Origin: Dicyema japonicum | Taxonomy: Eukaryota > Animalia > Dicyemida | Direction of reading: 5' to 3' | Length of the DNA: 64,000 nt | NCBI GenBank assembly: GCA_011109175.1 | Contig: RDEW01000003.1 | Span: 1,484,429 to 1,548,428 of the forward strand | In this document: piece by piece, positions 1 to 11,191 of the stretch | How the letters are laid out: the number at the start of each line of letters is the position of its first letter | Numbering within the stretch: position 1 is the stretch's first letter | The notes under the pieces: generated by a model | Seen by the model: the letters and a program-made list of their open reading frames with translations, nothing else | What the model was told of the DNA's origin: nothing | The model's database searches: none | Program-made: the position numbers and the translations under genes

Positions 1-619
1 GTGTAGTCAATGTCATAAACTTTGACATATTTATCCCCTATTTTAGCTTTTGGTAAAAAAATGTTGAGTACCATGCGTGTAAATTTCATTAAAAAGACGT
101 TTCGGTAACACCTGGAAACAATATTGATCCATAATCATTGTAGATTATTAAATTTCTGAACTTTGTCAATGACTCGTACATATCTATTGAAAAGTTAAGC
201 AAATATCACTGTAATAACAAGAGAAATGTAAAATTTTAAAAATTTACAAATTTATTATTAATAATTTAATTTATAATCAAAAATATTTATATCTCATTGC
301 ACAATATTTTCTGTCACAGTCCGTAGGTCAGATTCAATAAGCACTTTCGAGGCTGGCGTGTCATCGATGATTTGTTTTGTGGGGAAATACGAATATAATT
401 TTCTTTAAAGTCAGAATTGTTAATGTTATTTTTTTATATTTAACGAGTTTGGATAGAAAATGATGAATTACTGGAACAGCCTATAAATCAACAGAGGAAA
501 TCCATGTAATGACATGGAATATCAAATCGGGAAACGCGTGACTTGTCAATATTTTTTCTAATTTTAAAACTAAGAATCACCGACAAAATGAAATAAAAGA
601 AAGTTCAAGATAGAAAAAT

Positions 620-1250
620 AAGACAGCTTCTCCACAAGATTCCACGTATAGCACGTTGTTGTCGAAGACGATGAGTTTTCGAGCCCAATACGGTCTTTTT
701 TCTAAGATCGCTTGGGTCAATGATTAAGAAAGTTAGTAATGATCGTCGGGAAACCGAATGGTTGTTCCAAAGGATTTCTCTGACAGTTGTCAATAAAAAC
801 AGCCATTCCATTCTATCAGCTGGATTATTATGACTTCGGCAAATCAAAGTCAATTTTGTTTCGATTCAATAAAGAAAGCAAAAGACATTATGATAGTTTA
901 GATTTATTGTTTTTTATGTACTCTCTGGTAGACAGAAAACACAAAACTTTTACTGGGACAAAAATTAGATGACTGACATTGCAACAAGAGTCTTCAATTT
1001 ATAGATATCTAGGATGATGGACATCAATACAAAGGCAGTACTAATATGTCAACTCTCTGTCATTTACCAACATCGTCGGGAGCGAGGTAAAGGCACTTTC
1101 CGACGCAGAAAAAACAAAGAGCTAAGGAAAAGAAATATGGAGCACTTTTCGATCGATATACTTTTCCCGCGTTTGTTATCGAGACAACTGGAACGATAAG
1201 CAACAAGTCCTTGATCTCGAACGTATTGACCAAGAAACGCATGACTTATC
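620..1250 (+). mobile_element. Two degenerate 3' fragments of a CRE-like (restriction-like endonuclease) non-LTR retroelement
   Basis: Hand translation gives 'RRETEWLFQRISL' (~725-790) and 'KYGALFDRYTFPAFVIETTG' (~1125-1190), resembling the C-terminus of RLE-type CRE elements; frames are broken. Confidence 0.4.
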
Positions 1251-1312
1251 TAGTTGGTCTTCATAGCGTTCATGAGGAAAAGCATATCACTATAGTCGAC
1301 AGAATTAATATA

Positions 1313-2904
1313 CAGAAAGTCTCTCGAATCCGCGAATTATAACTAATAAATTCTTTAATCCGCCATTTTTTGCTAACAAAATTTCTCGATTCCGCCATGA
1401 ATCCGCCATGTCTCTTAATTTTAAATAATTTTATAGATAAATAATTAAATTATTAACACGTTGTCATTGTTTATTGTTGTTTTTATGAAACGTAACTGTA
1501 CACGATTAAAAAACAAACAAAAAATTGCCATTTTAAAGTTTATTGAATCGAATATTGAATTACCTTCTATAAAAATTTCAGAAATTTTTTTTCAAAAAAT
1601 ATAATGCACCTATTTCTCTTAGATCTATTGATGATTGAGAAGTAAAAGAAAATCTGAAAATATGTTGAATAAAATCTGAGGATTTGTTACAAAATATGCA
1701 TGGAGAATCTGCAACTTTAAATTTTGACCCTATTTTGGTGTCAGATTTTATTGAATTAATCAAAAATAAAATCAATCTCTACGGAGCTCAAAATGTTTAT
1801 AATGCCGACGAAACTAGTTTATTTTACAAAATGATGCTGTCCAAAAGTGTTTGTATAAACCTTAAATCAGGTTATAAAGCATTAAAAGACAGAGTTTCAG
1901 TCATGTTATGCACAAATGTGGACGGTACAGATAAACGAACACCTTTACTAATTGGGATGTTTAAAAATCCTAGATGTTTCAAAAATTTTGATTATTATTC
2001 TAATTCAAAAAAAGCATGGATGGATCGCCGAATTTTTAATCAATTTCTTTTGAAATGGGAAATCGAATTGGGGAAGCATAATAGAAAAATTTTGCTTGTA
2101 AATAAATGTCCTGCACATAAAATGAATTTCATAACATTTACATTAGGTTTTGATTGAATTTAACCAAATTGAAATAATATTTCTACCAGCGAATACAACG
2201 TCGTTTTTGCAACCACTGGATCAGGGTATAATCAAATCGTACAAATGCAATTTCAATTCTCTTAAGTTTTCTAATATTATTCAAAAAATTGAAGCTGGGA
2301 TAAATCCCTATATTGCATACAAAAAATTAAACTTAAAAGATGCAATATTATTCACACATTATGCATGGAACAAGATTTATAGCTCCTTAATATTCAAATG
2401 GTTAACACACGCAAAATGGATTCAAAACATTGAAAGTATAAATTATGAAAACCTTGTCATTGAAAATTAATAATATATTTTAGAAAAAATGAACATAAGT
2501 GATCCTTTAGAAAAGAGACTTTATATCGAAATTGACTACAATGAAAATGAAGAACTTGATTTGAATGATTCGGAGAAAATAGAACAAGAAATTGATAGCG
2601 AAGAACCCGTTGAAGAAAGTCAGAAAGTTGTAACTATTATCGAGGCTTTTCTAGCTTTAAATAAATTAAAAGAATTCTATGATCAGGAAGAATTCTTTGA
2701 TGTCGAAAATCTTGAGTCAATTGAAAACCTTGGATCCTCAATGATCCGAACTCTAAAAAGAAACAAATCAAAACTTACTTATTTTTTTGCTTATAAATAA
2801 TTTTTTTGAATTACATTATTAATGGATGAAAAAATCAATAAGTCTCTCGAATCCGCCAGATTTTGCCGATCCCAGAAATTTGAATTTTTGCCGAGACTTT
2901 ACTG
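1313..2904 (+). mobile_element. Tigger/pogo DNA transposon with frameshifted DDE transposase
   Basis: Ends TA|CAGAAAGTCTC ... GAGACTTTACTG|TA (imperfect TIR, TA TSD); subterminal GAATCCGCC-type repeats; ORFs 1684-2157 (YNADETSLFYK, DRVSVMLCTN) and 2150-2470 (FLPANTTSFLQPLDQGII). Confidence 0.88.
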
Positions 2905-2984
2905 TAATTATTTTTTAATTTTTTAAATAACCCACTTTATTTAACCAACAGTAAAAAAATTAATATTTAATAATCAACAAAAAG

Positions 2985-3778
2985 GTTGTATTTATGTTGA
3001 CGATACAACCTTACTGGCTGAAACAGAGGATGGCCTCAGGGAGTTGATTCTAAGATTCAGAGAAAAGAGCGCCGTCTTTGGTTTATTGCTAAAAATCAAG
3101 AAGACCAAAATTATGACTACTGCTAATAATGGAATAATGGAACTAAAAATTGGGAATGAGAAAATAGAGTTGCGATAATGTTGTCTTTCTGGGATGTCTA
3201 ATTAATCGGAATGGTGACGGAGGCTTGGAAATCAAGAGGCGAATTGCCATGAGACGAGACACCTTCCAGAGAATGAATAGAATTTGGAAAAACAAAGATA
3301 TTTCCTTAAGGACCAAATGCAGACTAGTTAATGCAATCGTGTTCCCGGTTGTTCTATACGGCGCAGAATCATGGATATTGAAAAAAGCGGATAGACGAAA
3401 AATTGATGCTTTTGAACTGTGGTGCTGGAGGAGGTTACTAAGAATCCCTTGGACTTCCAAAATAACAAACATCGATGTACTCAAACGGGTAGACTGACAT
3501 TTCGCTAGAAGAAAGAATCGTAAAACACAGATTGGCGTTCTTTGGGCATGTTGTCTGCTCTGATTTACTGGATAGAACCATTATGCTGAGAAATATTACT
3601 GGGAAGAGAAGACCTGGCCGACCAAGGACTCGGTGGCTATCCACGGTGGAAGACGTCACGGGAATGCCTATATCAAGGCTACTCCAAATTGCAACGGATC
3701 GGGGAGAGTGGAGGAAACTCGTTCATGAGATCTCCAAGGGTCGGACACGACTTAATTGGACAACATAACATAACATAA
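2985..3778 (+). mobile_element. RTE-clade LINE, 5'-truncated (RT end and 3' tail)
   Basis: YVDDTTLLAE, EIKRRIAM, FELWCWRRLLRIPW, FFGHV, RRPGRPRTRW; ends TCGGACACGACTTAA followed by an (ACATA)n tail at 3762-3778. Confidence 0.85.
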
Positions 3779-3944
3779 TCAACAACCTTCATCGCCTGCA
3801 TGTTCGGCGTGTCCTCGGCAGGTTCGATTCTAGTCGCTGAAACAACTCCGAGAGCGCCTTGTCCAATTGAACCCTCTGCCCATATGGCATCTCTGGGCTC
3901 TCCCTCCTATAATTCACTGTCAGGCTCTTTAGGTCTGCTTTTTA

Positions 3945-4150
3945 AATAACAAATAGATTATTATTAATAATAGCAATGTCCATGGAACCAGAAAAGCTAA
4001 TTAATTTGAGATTCACTATTGCCATGCATCTCAGAATACGCGCTGTAAGTCGTTTCCATTCTCCCCTGTTTCTCGCAACCGCCCTCAGATCATCTAGATC
4101 CTCTCCAGATTTCAGCTTCCTTTCTATGCACATGAGTTCTTTGTCGACCT
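3945..4150 (-). mobile_element. RTE-like LINE 3' end fragment
   Basis: 'RAVARNRGEWKRL' C-terminus; 3' UTR and (TAA)n tail match the + strand sequence at ~24390-24490. Confidence 0.6.
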
Positions 4151-4179
4151 CGACTTTGTCGACCTCGATACGTTGTTTT

Positions 4180-5915
4180 GTTAAATTAAATTTAATTCCA
4201 AAGACCACTGTTAAACCGAAAAAACTAAACTAAGTGATCCCGATGAATTGGATCAAGGCTCTCATCTTTGCTCGGTGTTGATCCCTTGAGCCTACACAAG
4301 TTCGTTGCGTGACGAGCACTTCCTTTTTGGCATTGGTGTCCATTTTTGTTTTTTTCGATTAGTTTTTCCATAGGCGTCGGTGATTTAATGTTTTCCCCTG
4401 TATACCATCTCTCGGTTGGTTTTTGAAGGCCCTTTTCTGGGTTGCGGAGATTTTCTGGATGTTCGTATAAGAGGCCAGTGGTCCCCATGAAGTACACGCA
4501 TATGAAATGCATGGTTCGATGTACTGTGAGTAGAGCGTTTTAAGTATAGGGTGATGTCCAATTTTCTCTGTTAGGCATTTCAGAAGGTTGATTTTCTTCT
4601 CACATTTGTTCAGCACGTTAGTGACGTGTCTCATAAGGTTCATATGTGTATCGAAAGTCAGACCCAATATTTTTTGCCATTTGCTGAACGACAATGCTCT
4701 TCCCTCCACAGTAACTTCTATTGTCCTTTGACAATCTTTTGTCCGAGGTATAGAGAGGTGTAACATATTTTTCGGTATTGATAGACATCCGATTTTCATT
4801 AAACCACTCGAGTAGTCGATCCATGTGGTGTTGTATTATTTCCGTCGCTGTTTGGGTGTTCTGATCACTGTGAGGCTAAGACGATATCGTCTGCATAAGC
4901 CAGCAGCAGGTCGTCTTCTCCATTCGGCTTCGGAATGTCAGCTAAATAGGTTGAATAGGAATGGTGATAGCGGCGAACCCTGGGGTACTCCATTTGGGAA
5001 TAAACGGGAGACAGAATGAATGTTTCCAATGCACACTCAACCTCTTCGTCCGCTAAGGAAGTTTGTCAGCCAGCGTTTGAGGTTTTCAGGGATATCTGAT
5101 TATTAGATTTTCCATGTTAGATTCTTCCTCGGCACGAAAACTTTGTGGACGTCTAGTGAGCATAACACAGTTTTCTGGTGTCTTGGCTTGTACAGAAATC
5201 CAGAGAGAATAAAGTTAGTCAAAATGTGAGGAAGCTTGTTGTGGACCGATCCTTTTTGAAACCATGCTGGAACGGTTTATCGGGAATCCTTTCAGTGATT
5301 TTTGCGAGGATAAGCTTTTCCAGAATTTTTGACATGGAGCATAAGAGAGTAATAGGCCTGAAGAAGTTGGGCTTCTTTCGGTTTTCCTGGCTTCAATACT
5401 GGGCTAATATTTGCAAGTTTCCATATCGTTGGGATTGAGTTATAATTAATCGACCAGTTGTAGATTTTGGTCAGGGTACCGATTCCCTCATTGCCTAGGT
5501 TTTTCAGGAGGATTATGGGAATTCCGTCTGGACCATGAGAATGTGTTACTTTTGTTTGGCTTAGGGATCCATTACCTCTTTTCCTTGAATTAAGTTAATT
5601 GATTTTTGGTTTTCTTAGCGGCGGTTTGGGTGGGTCAGTCCTCGTGGTTTTTTGAGAGATTTTCGCGTAGTATTTTATTAGGGCGTTTAGGTCCTTTTGG
5701 CTGAATTCGTCATTTCCGGGTGTCCTCTCATCCACCTTCGAGATATTTCGAATAGTCTTCCAGACTTCAAATGTTGACCGGTTACGATTTAATGACGTAG
5801 GACCATCTTCCATTTAGCTCTCTGTACTTTGAATTCATTGGCTTTTGTTTCCTCGTTCAGCACTTTTAGACGGATCCTTGCTTCGGAGGAACGGATCCCT
5901 GCTTTTTTGAGACGG
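4180..5915 (-). mobile_element. Ingi/Vingi-like LINE remnant (RT to 3' end)
   Basis: GVPQGSPLSP-like and ADD-like RT motifs read in broken frames, KILGLTFD, YSQYIEPCISYACTSWG; 3' hairpin GGATCAC...GTGGTCT and AT-rich tail at ~4185-4245. Confidence 0.7.
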
Positions 5916-5989
5916 TTTAATATATAGAAGTATGAACAAATAGATAGTAGTTAAAATTTTATTAAAAATTAGTAAATAAAAATAAGATA

Positions 5990-6968
5990 TTAATTATATG
6001 AATAATCTATAAGTTTTTGACCAAAAGTTCTGGTAGTTTCATATGTGTAAAATAACACTCCCGTGGCTGGAAATGTACGAAGAAGAGTGGGGGTAAGTCC
6101 ATTATAAAACCCCTTAATACCTAAAGTCATAATTGCATGAAACCATTTTCTTTAATAATTAATGAAATTGAATGGGAAATTGACTTGTTGGTGACCTGCA
6201 CTCGGGATTTAATAGTATCAAATGGAAATATGCAGACCCACAAGACAACCCCCGCAATTCCACCGGCCATTATATACTCAAAGGGACCTTTAAAGTCAAG
6301 AGATTCAACCAACCTGGTTCATAATCCTCCCTTCGGTTCTGTGATTCAAAAAATGAAAGAGTAGCCTTGTATGAACCAAAAAATGCAAAATATCCAGGCA
6401 CTTCTCTCAACATGGTAGGCAGAAGACCACTGAAAAGTCCTCGATAGCCTTCCAACTGAATAATACGACGAACCATCGAAAATGGGGTACTATATTTTGT
6501 TTAATTTACTACATATTTTTTAAGGAAGTTTCCGCCAACGTCTGTAGCTTGCACTTAATTAGTTCTGTGGGGCACATGACAAGTGCTCCAAAAAAACCAC
6601 CAAATGCTCCAGAAACGGATTGCTCGAGCATTGACAATTTGGAGGGATTGTCGAAATTATTATATCGGACAAAGAAACGTTCAGCTAATCCATAGGCAAG
6701 AAAGACGACAGCATTTTCGCCGATATTGGCGTACAGTGACGGTACAGTACCTTTGTATAATCCCTTTATGCCCTGAGTTTTGAATGTATGGTAAAAACAG
6801 TGAATAAAATTACGGTAGAGTTTAGGAAAGGTCTGAAGTTTTACTTTCGTAGTATCTAGAGACTGTCCCACTAATACGGACGCTGTGGCTCCTTGAAATA
6901 TTCATGTAAAAAATACCTAATGCAGCCCCTGTCCCATTAAGAAAACCATCAATCAACACGTTGTTCAT
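5990..6968 (-). CDS. SLC25A15: Mitochondrial carrier, ornithine transporter SLC25A15/SLC25A2-like (spliced)
   Basis: Three carrier repeats (GQSLDTTKVKLQTFP, CPTELIKCKLQ, FPFDTIKSRVQ) and GLLPTMLREVPGYFAFF; ATG at 6968; 23-25-nt GT-AG introns restore the frame; TAA at 5990. Subfamily call from motif resemblance. Confidence 0.8.
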
Positions 6969-7217
6969 TTTAAAACTATTCTAATATATTAAAATAAACT
7001 TAATTAAAATAATTTTTTAATTAAAGTAAGGGGCCTCCTGAGTTAGATGGATCCGATTACGGCACTAGAAGTTAAGATTATTATTACCTTCAGGATCACT
7101 GGGTCACATAGAAAGAAATAAAAGTTCTCAACTAACTAAGTGATTCTAGACCGACAAGGGGGAGGACGAGTCTGGCGGGGTCGAGAATCCTCTACAGCTC
7201 TTTTAATTGGACATGAC

Positions 7218-7561
7218 TAGCCGCGTGAAAATTAGCCGCTTGGCGCCATGTGGTGCTGCGTGGTTAATTTGTTGAAGTTTTCTGCTTGCTTGTCTGTTCC
7301 TCCTCTCTCTTCCTAATAGAGTGGCGTCATGTGATCCACCTGTCTAGGTGACGCCCAGTGCCAGACCGGCACGAAAAAGGATCATTTGCTCTTCCCCACT
7401 CCACTGGAGGGGTTTCCACAACTGCATGTGATGGACGTCTTACCTTTTATGCTGATTCCGGATGGACTCTGTTTCTGTAGAAGTGGAAACTTGATACACT
7501 TAATTAGTTGGTTACTTTAACTTCTTTCTCGGTGTATCCAGGGTTAATAATAAATAAATAA
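7218..7561 (+). mobile_element. SINE-A: non-autonomous partner of the Ingi/Vingi-like LINE, full length with 13-bp TSD
   Basis: AATTGGACATGAC at 7205-7217 and 7562-7574; near-identical copies at 22.2, 42.8 and 55.6 kb; AT-rich tail. Confidence 0.9.
7323..7384 (+). ncRNA. Pseudoknot with HDV-ribozyme-like topology (SINE-A copy)
   Basis: P1 GGCGTC/GACGCC, P2 TGATCC/GGATCA, P3 ACC/GGT, P4 TGCC/GGCA, J4/2 CGAAAAA. Catalytic activity not established. Confidence 0.55.
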
Positions 7562-8733
7562 AATTGGACATGACATCGGCTAAAACTTTTACAAGTTTGT
7601 AGATATTTCGATAGTATATGAAGCAGAGGGCAGCTCGGTAGACTGGTCTCCTTTAAGAATTTTCGTTGTAATTCAATTAGAAGATTTTCAATAATTTGTA
7701 TCTTGTGCTCTGGTCCAATCCATTTCACTGCAGTCTCCTGGATTGCGGATAGTTTTAATGATGAGGATCGTGAAATCTGCATTGCCCACGAAGGACTTGC
7801 ATGTGTCATCGTGTGTCTGATAAATTTTTCATAAACTTTGGCAAGGCTCCCAGTTTGGTCTTTAAGTGTTTTTGAGACCATTTTTAAAAATTTTCACTTT
7901 CGTCAGAGCAGAAGTAACTTTGTTCTCAACGTGTCAGATAAAGGAGAGTCCCTGATCAAAGATGACTCTGAGAATCTTGCGTGTTGTGCTAGTAGGAGTA
8001 CCCTCGTTATTCATAAGAATTTTTGATTCATAGAGATGTCTTTTGTAAATGGTAAACAGCGTGACAGAAAACTTTGTTGCTGATATGTCAAGCCTCCGCG
8101 TCGAGATCCATACTTCTAACTTGTCAAGTATTTGTTGAGCGGACTGAGTCACTGATTGAATGCTTCTGTCTTCGAGGATTAAGCAGTTTTCATTATAGGT
8201 TTGTTTGATGACAGGTGACATGTCGTAAATTTTTTGATTTTTGATAAGAAATGACAGGTGATATGTGGATTGACACATGAAATGTAACCAGCACTGGATG
8301 GGTAACCCGGGGGGGACGTGACATATTATCACATAAAGAGATAAACATTTTATAGAGCACATGTTGAATATTTATGAATTTTTTAAAATAATAATAACGA
8401 TTTATTAACAAAAGATTTAAGGAGTTTTCTGGAGGGTGTGAATAACGGCAAAATATATTATGTCACATGGGCCTAGCGATACCTATGGGCAGCCTGTTAC
8501 ATTAACCTTGAACCAAGATTAACTTCAATTAATTTTATAAATGATTTATTAACACAAAAAATTAAATTTAAGTAACTTTTTTTAATCTACTCATTAATAC
8601 AGTCAATATTTCTCCTTTCGAATTTTTTATCTATCAAATTAAACCATTTAAAACTACCTCCACGCGATTATTCGATAAAATATTAATTATTTATGCAACT
8701 GGATAATACTGAGACTCAAACTTATCCAGTGAT

Positions 8734-10014
8734 TCATACTTTATCTCCCATGTTAAAAGTATATTTACTATTATGAACATTCATTTTCCTGTTCATAGCT
8801 TTGTAATAATTCGAATTTTCTTCAATCGATTTAATTTCAAAATTGAATCTCTTCGCATTCGGACACAAATTATCTGACTGGGAATTATCTAGATATAATT
8901 TTTTTAAATCAAACTACGTGAATTTTCAATAGATTCTGGAGTCGAACAATTAACCAAATCGTCAATTTGTTCTGGAATCGCACACTCATCACTTAAATTA
9001 TCTAAGTCATAATGTGATATAAGTATAACCATTAATTATTGAATTTATTCCCTTAATTCCTCGATATCTTTCGAAAGGACTTTCGTTGGAAAATGAATGG
9101 ACCGATATGTTATAACTGTAGACAGCACTTTCTAATTTATCAAGCCACTTTTTTTCACTGTTATCCAGCATTTTTGACAACTTCCTCGTGATCGTCTGAT
9201 TAAATCTTTCGACAATTCCTTGTGCTCGTGGATTGTTAGGCCTTCCGTGAATTTGCTTAATGTTAAAATCTTCGCAAAGTTTTGTTATTTCTTGATTTTT
9301 AAATTCAGAACCATTGTCCGACTGAAGAAATTTACATGGCCCATTCAGGCGGAACAAAGATCTTAAGTTTTCACATACTTCTTTACCAGACTTATTATAG
9401 AGTGGTCGTACAAAAGCGAATCTATAAATTAAAAAAAAACCAGCCTACTATATATGTCAATGACCGTTAAAATCCATTTGAAATTTTTATTTAATGTTGA
9501 AAATTTTTTCAGGTCTATTAGATCTACATGAAAACGTTCATTTGGAGAAGAAGCAAACACATGGTGATTTATATCGACAATCTACAATTATAAAAAATCA
9601 CGAACTTTTAAAGGACGCGAAAATTTGCAGACTTCACAATTTCGAATGACTTTTCTATAATCTCATTCTTTACAGTGAAGTATCTTTGTCGACATTCATA
9701 CTCAATTTTATTGACTCCTCCGTTTGAAAACTCGTGCAACGATTTCGCAACATGCTCCATTATGGTTTCATTATCCAGGGATATGACTAACTTGGGATCA
9801 GTTGATTTAAGATACAGTCTAAAATTATTGAAAATTTACAATACCTGTCATTGATAATAAAAAAATTCTCTATCTTCTTTACAAGCCTATATTTTCGGTG
9901 CCTCGGAAGATTTTCGGGAAATTTATCATGCAAAGCATCTTTTAAAGTTTGATATTCAACGCAATTTTTCACAAAACCCTTGTAAGAAGCCATTGCAACA
10001 AAATAATCTTCCAT
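8734..10014 (-). CDS. Intron-containing retroviral-type integrase/transposase, one apparent frameshift
   Basis: Five 23-29-nt introns join MEDYF..., a zinc-finger-like region (H...CEVC), FHVDLID, LQSDNGSEF, QGIVERFNQTI and FNMGDKV; A-run at 9651-9654 is one base short of the open frame. Confidence 0.75.
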
Positions 10015-10156
10015 GCTATAAATCACGCTAGAAATCTAGGTTTACCGCTATAAAAAATAAAATCTTTATAATCATAACATTTATGAATAAAAAACTAATT
10101 TAACAGAATTAAATCACAACATAAATCGGATATATAAAATTAAATGTCGGATAATC

Positions 10157-10269
10157 CAATAATGAGACTCGACTCGTCCTCACCTTTGTCGGTCTGGGAT
10201 CACTTAGTTAGATGAGAACTTTTATTTCTTTCTCTTTGACCCAGTGATCCTGGGGGTAATAATAATAAT
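10157..10269 (+). mobile_element. 5'-truncated LINE 3' end inserted in the Ginger-like element
   Basis: 14-bp TSD AATGTCGGATAATC (10143-10156, 10270-10283); GGATCAC/GTGATCC hairpin; (TAA)n tail; homologous to 7075-7190. Confidence 0.85.
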
Positions 10270-10429
10270 AATGTCGGATAATCAAAAGACCTTTTCAAGG
10301 TCGAAAAAATGTAACAGGCTGCCCATGCGTTACGCGCCGTCCATGTGACATATTATACATGTCCGACACAAGTAAAAATGATAAAAGCCACATTAAGACA
10401 GGTGACATGTACCAGCATGGGACGCGACA

Positions 10430-11150
10430 TAATAAGTGCAAATGTATCCATCTAACCACTTCATCGTGAATTCTAATGTAGTCGCTGTTAAGCATCCTAT
10501 TGCAGCGTGGAGCCATATGATCCAATAACTTTTTTTGACTTCTTAAAATGAATTTTTATCTTCAAAAAACAGCTTCATGTCTTGAAGAAGAAAATAGAAA
10601 GTCTGGGATCTCTGACTATTGTTTCCACTGACCAACTACGCAGCAGATCTAACAATATCAATATTTTCATCTTCGCAACAATTATAAACTATAGAGTGGA
10701 GTGACTTTTTTCTGGAATTTCTGTTGATAGCCGTTGATGGCACTAAGGCTCATTTGGGGGGTCCATCTTGTACTTAAAAGCAAAGAATCCTGCGATTGAG
10801 GTCATGTGTGTTTTCTTAGCTTTAAGGACCCGCAGGATCTTTCAGAGAAAAATGCTCACTTTCTTTCCAAATCAGCTAGGAGTACATTCACTCTTATGAG
10901 AAATTGAAACAAGTCCTCTTCCAAGTTTAGCACGATTAGTATATAATCTTTCTTTCTTAGCAGGCTTTAAATGTACTTAATACTCTGCTAGAATACTATT
11001 TCAACATTAATAGACTCAAATTCCTCCGGTTTAATGTTAATTATAGAAGGGCAATGCATGCTCGTTGATTGCTCTAAATAAATTTTCAGCATTGAGCCTA
11101 CCAATCTCACGGCCCTCTTCACGTTTTCCGCGAAGAAATAAAGGAAATTT
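10430..11150 (-). mobile_element. R4/Dong-like non-LTR retroelement fragment
   Basis: GRGLVSISHKSE and 'DHMAPRCNRMLNSDYIRIHDEVVRWIH' (degenerate CCHC region of RLE elements). Confidence 0.6.
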
Positions 11151-11191
11151 GACTATATAAGATTAAAAAGACAAACGAATTTTTAAAATAA

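Larger units (their letters stand above)
7075..8190 (-). mobile_element. Ingi/Vingi-like LINE 3' portion, interrupted by SINE-A
   Basis: RT C-terminal fragments (KILRVIFDQGLSF; VYEKFIRHTMTHASPSW); 3' end with GAATCAC/GTGATCC hairpin and (TAA)n tail at 7075-7190. Confidence 0.7.
8461..10350 (-). mobile_element. Ginger/TDD-like integrase DNA transposon
   Basis: TGT...ACA termini, ~45-bp imperfect TIRs (TGTCACATGG...ATGGGCAGCCTGTTACA and its inverse), TATTA on both flanks (8456-8460, 10351-10355). Confidence 0.8.

Noticed and set aside
7075-10270. Inverted repeat 7075-7190 / 10160-10270 as TIRs of a large transposon
   Set aside because: Both are LINE 3' ends with (TAA)n tails; the second has its own TSD.
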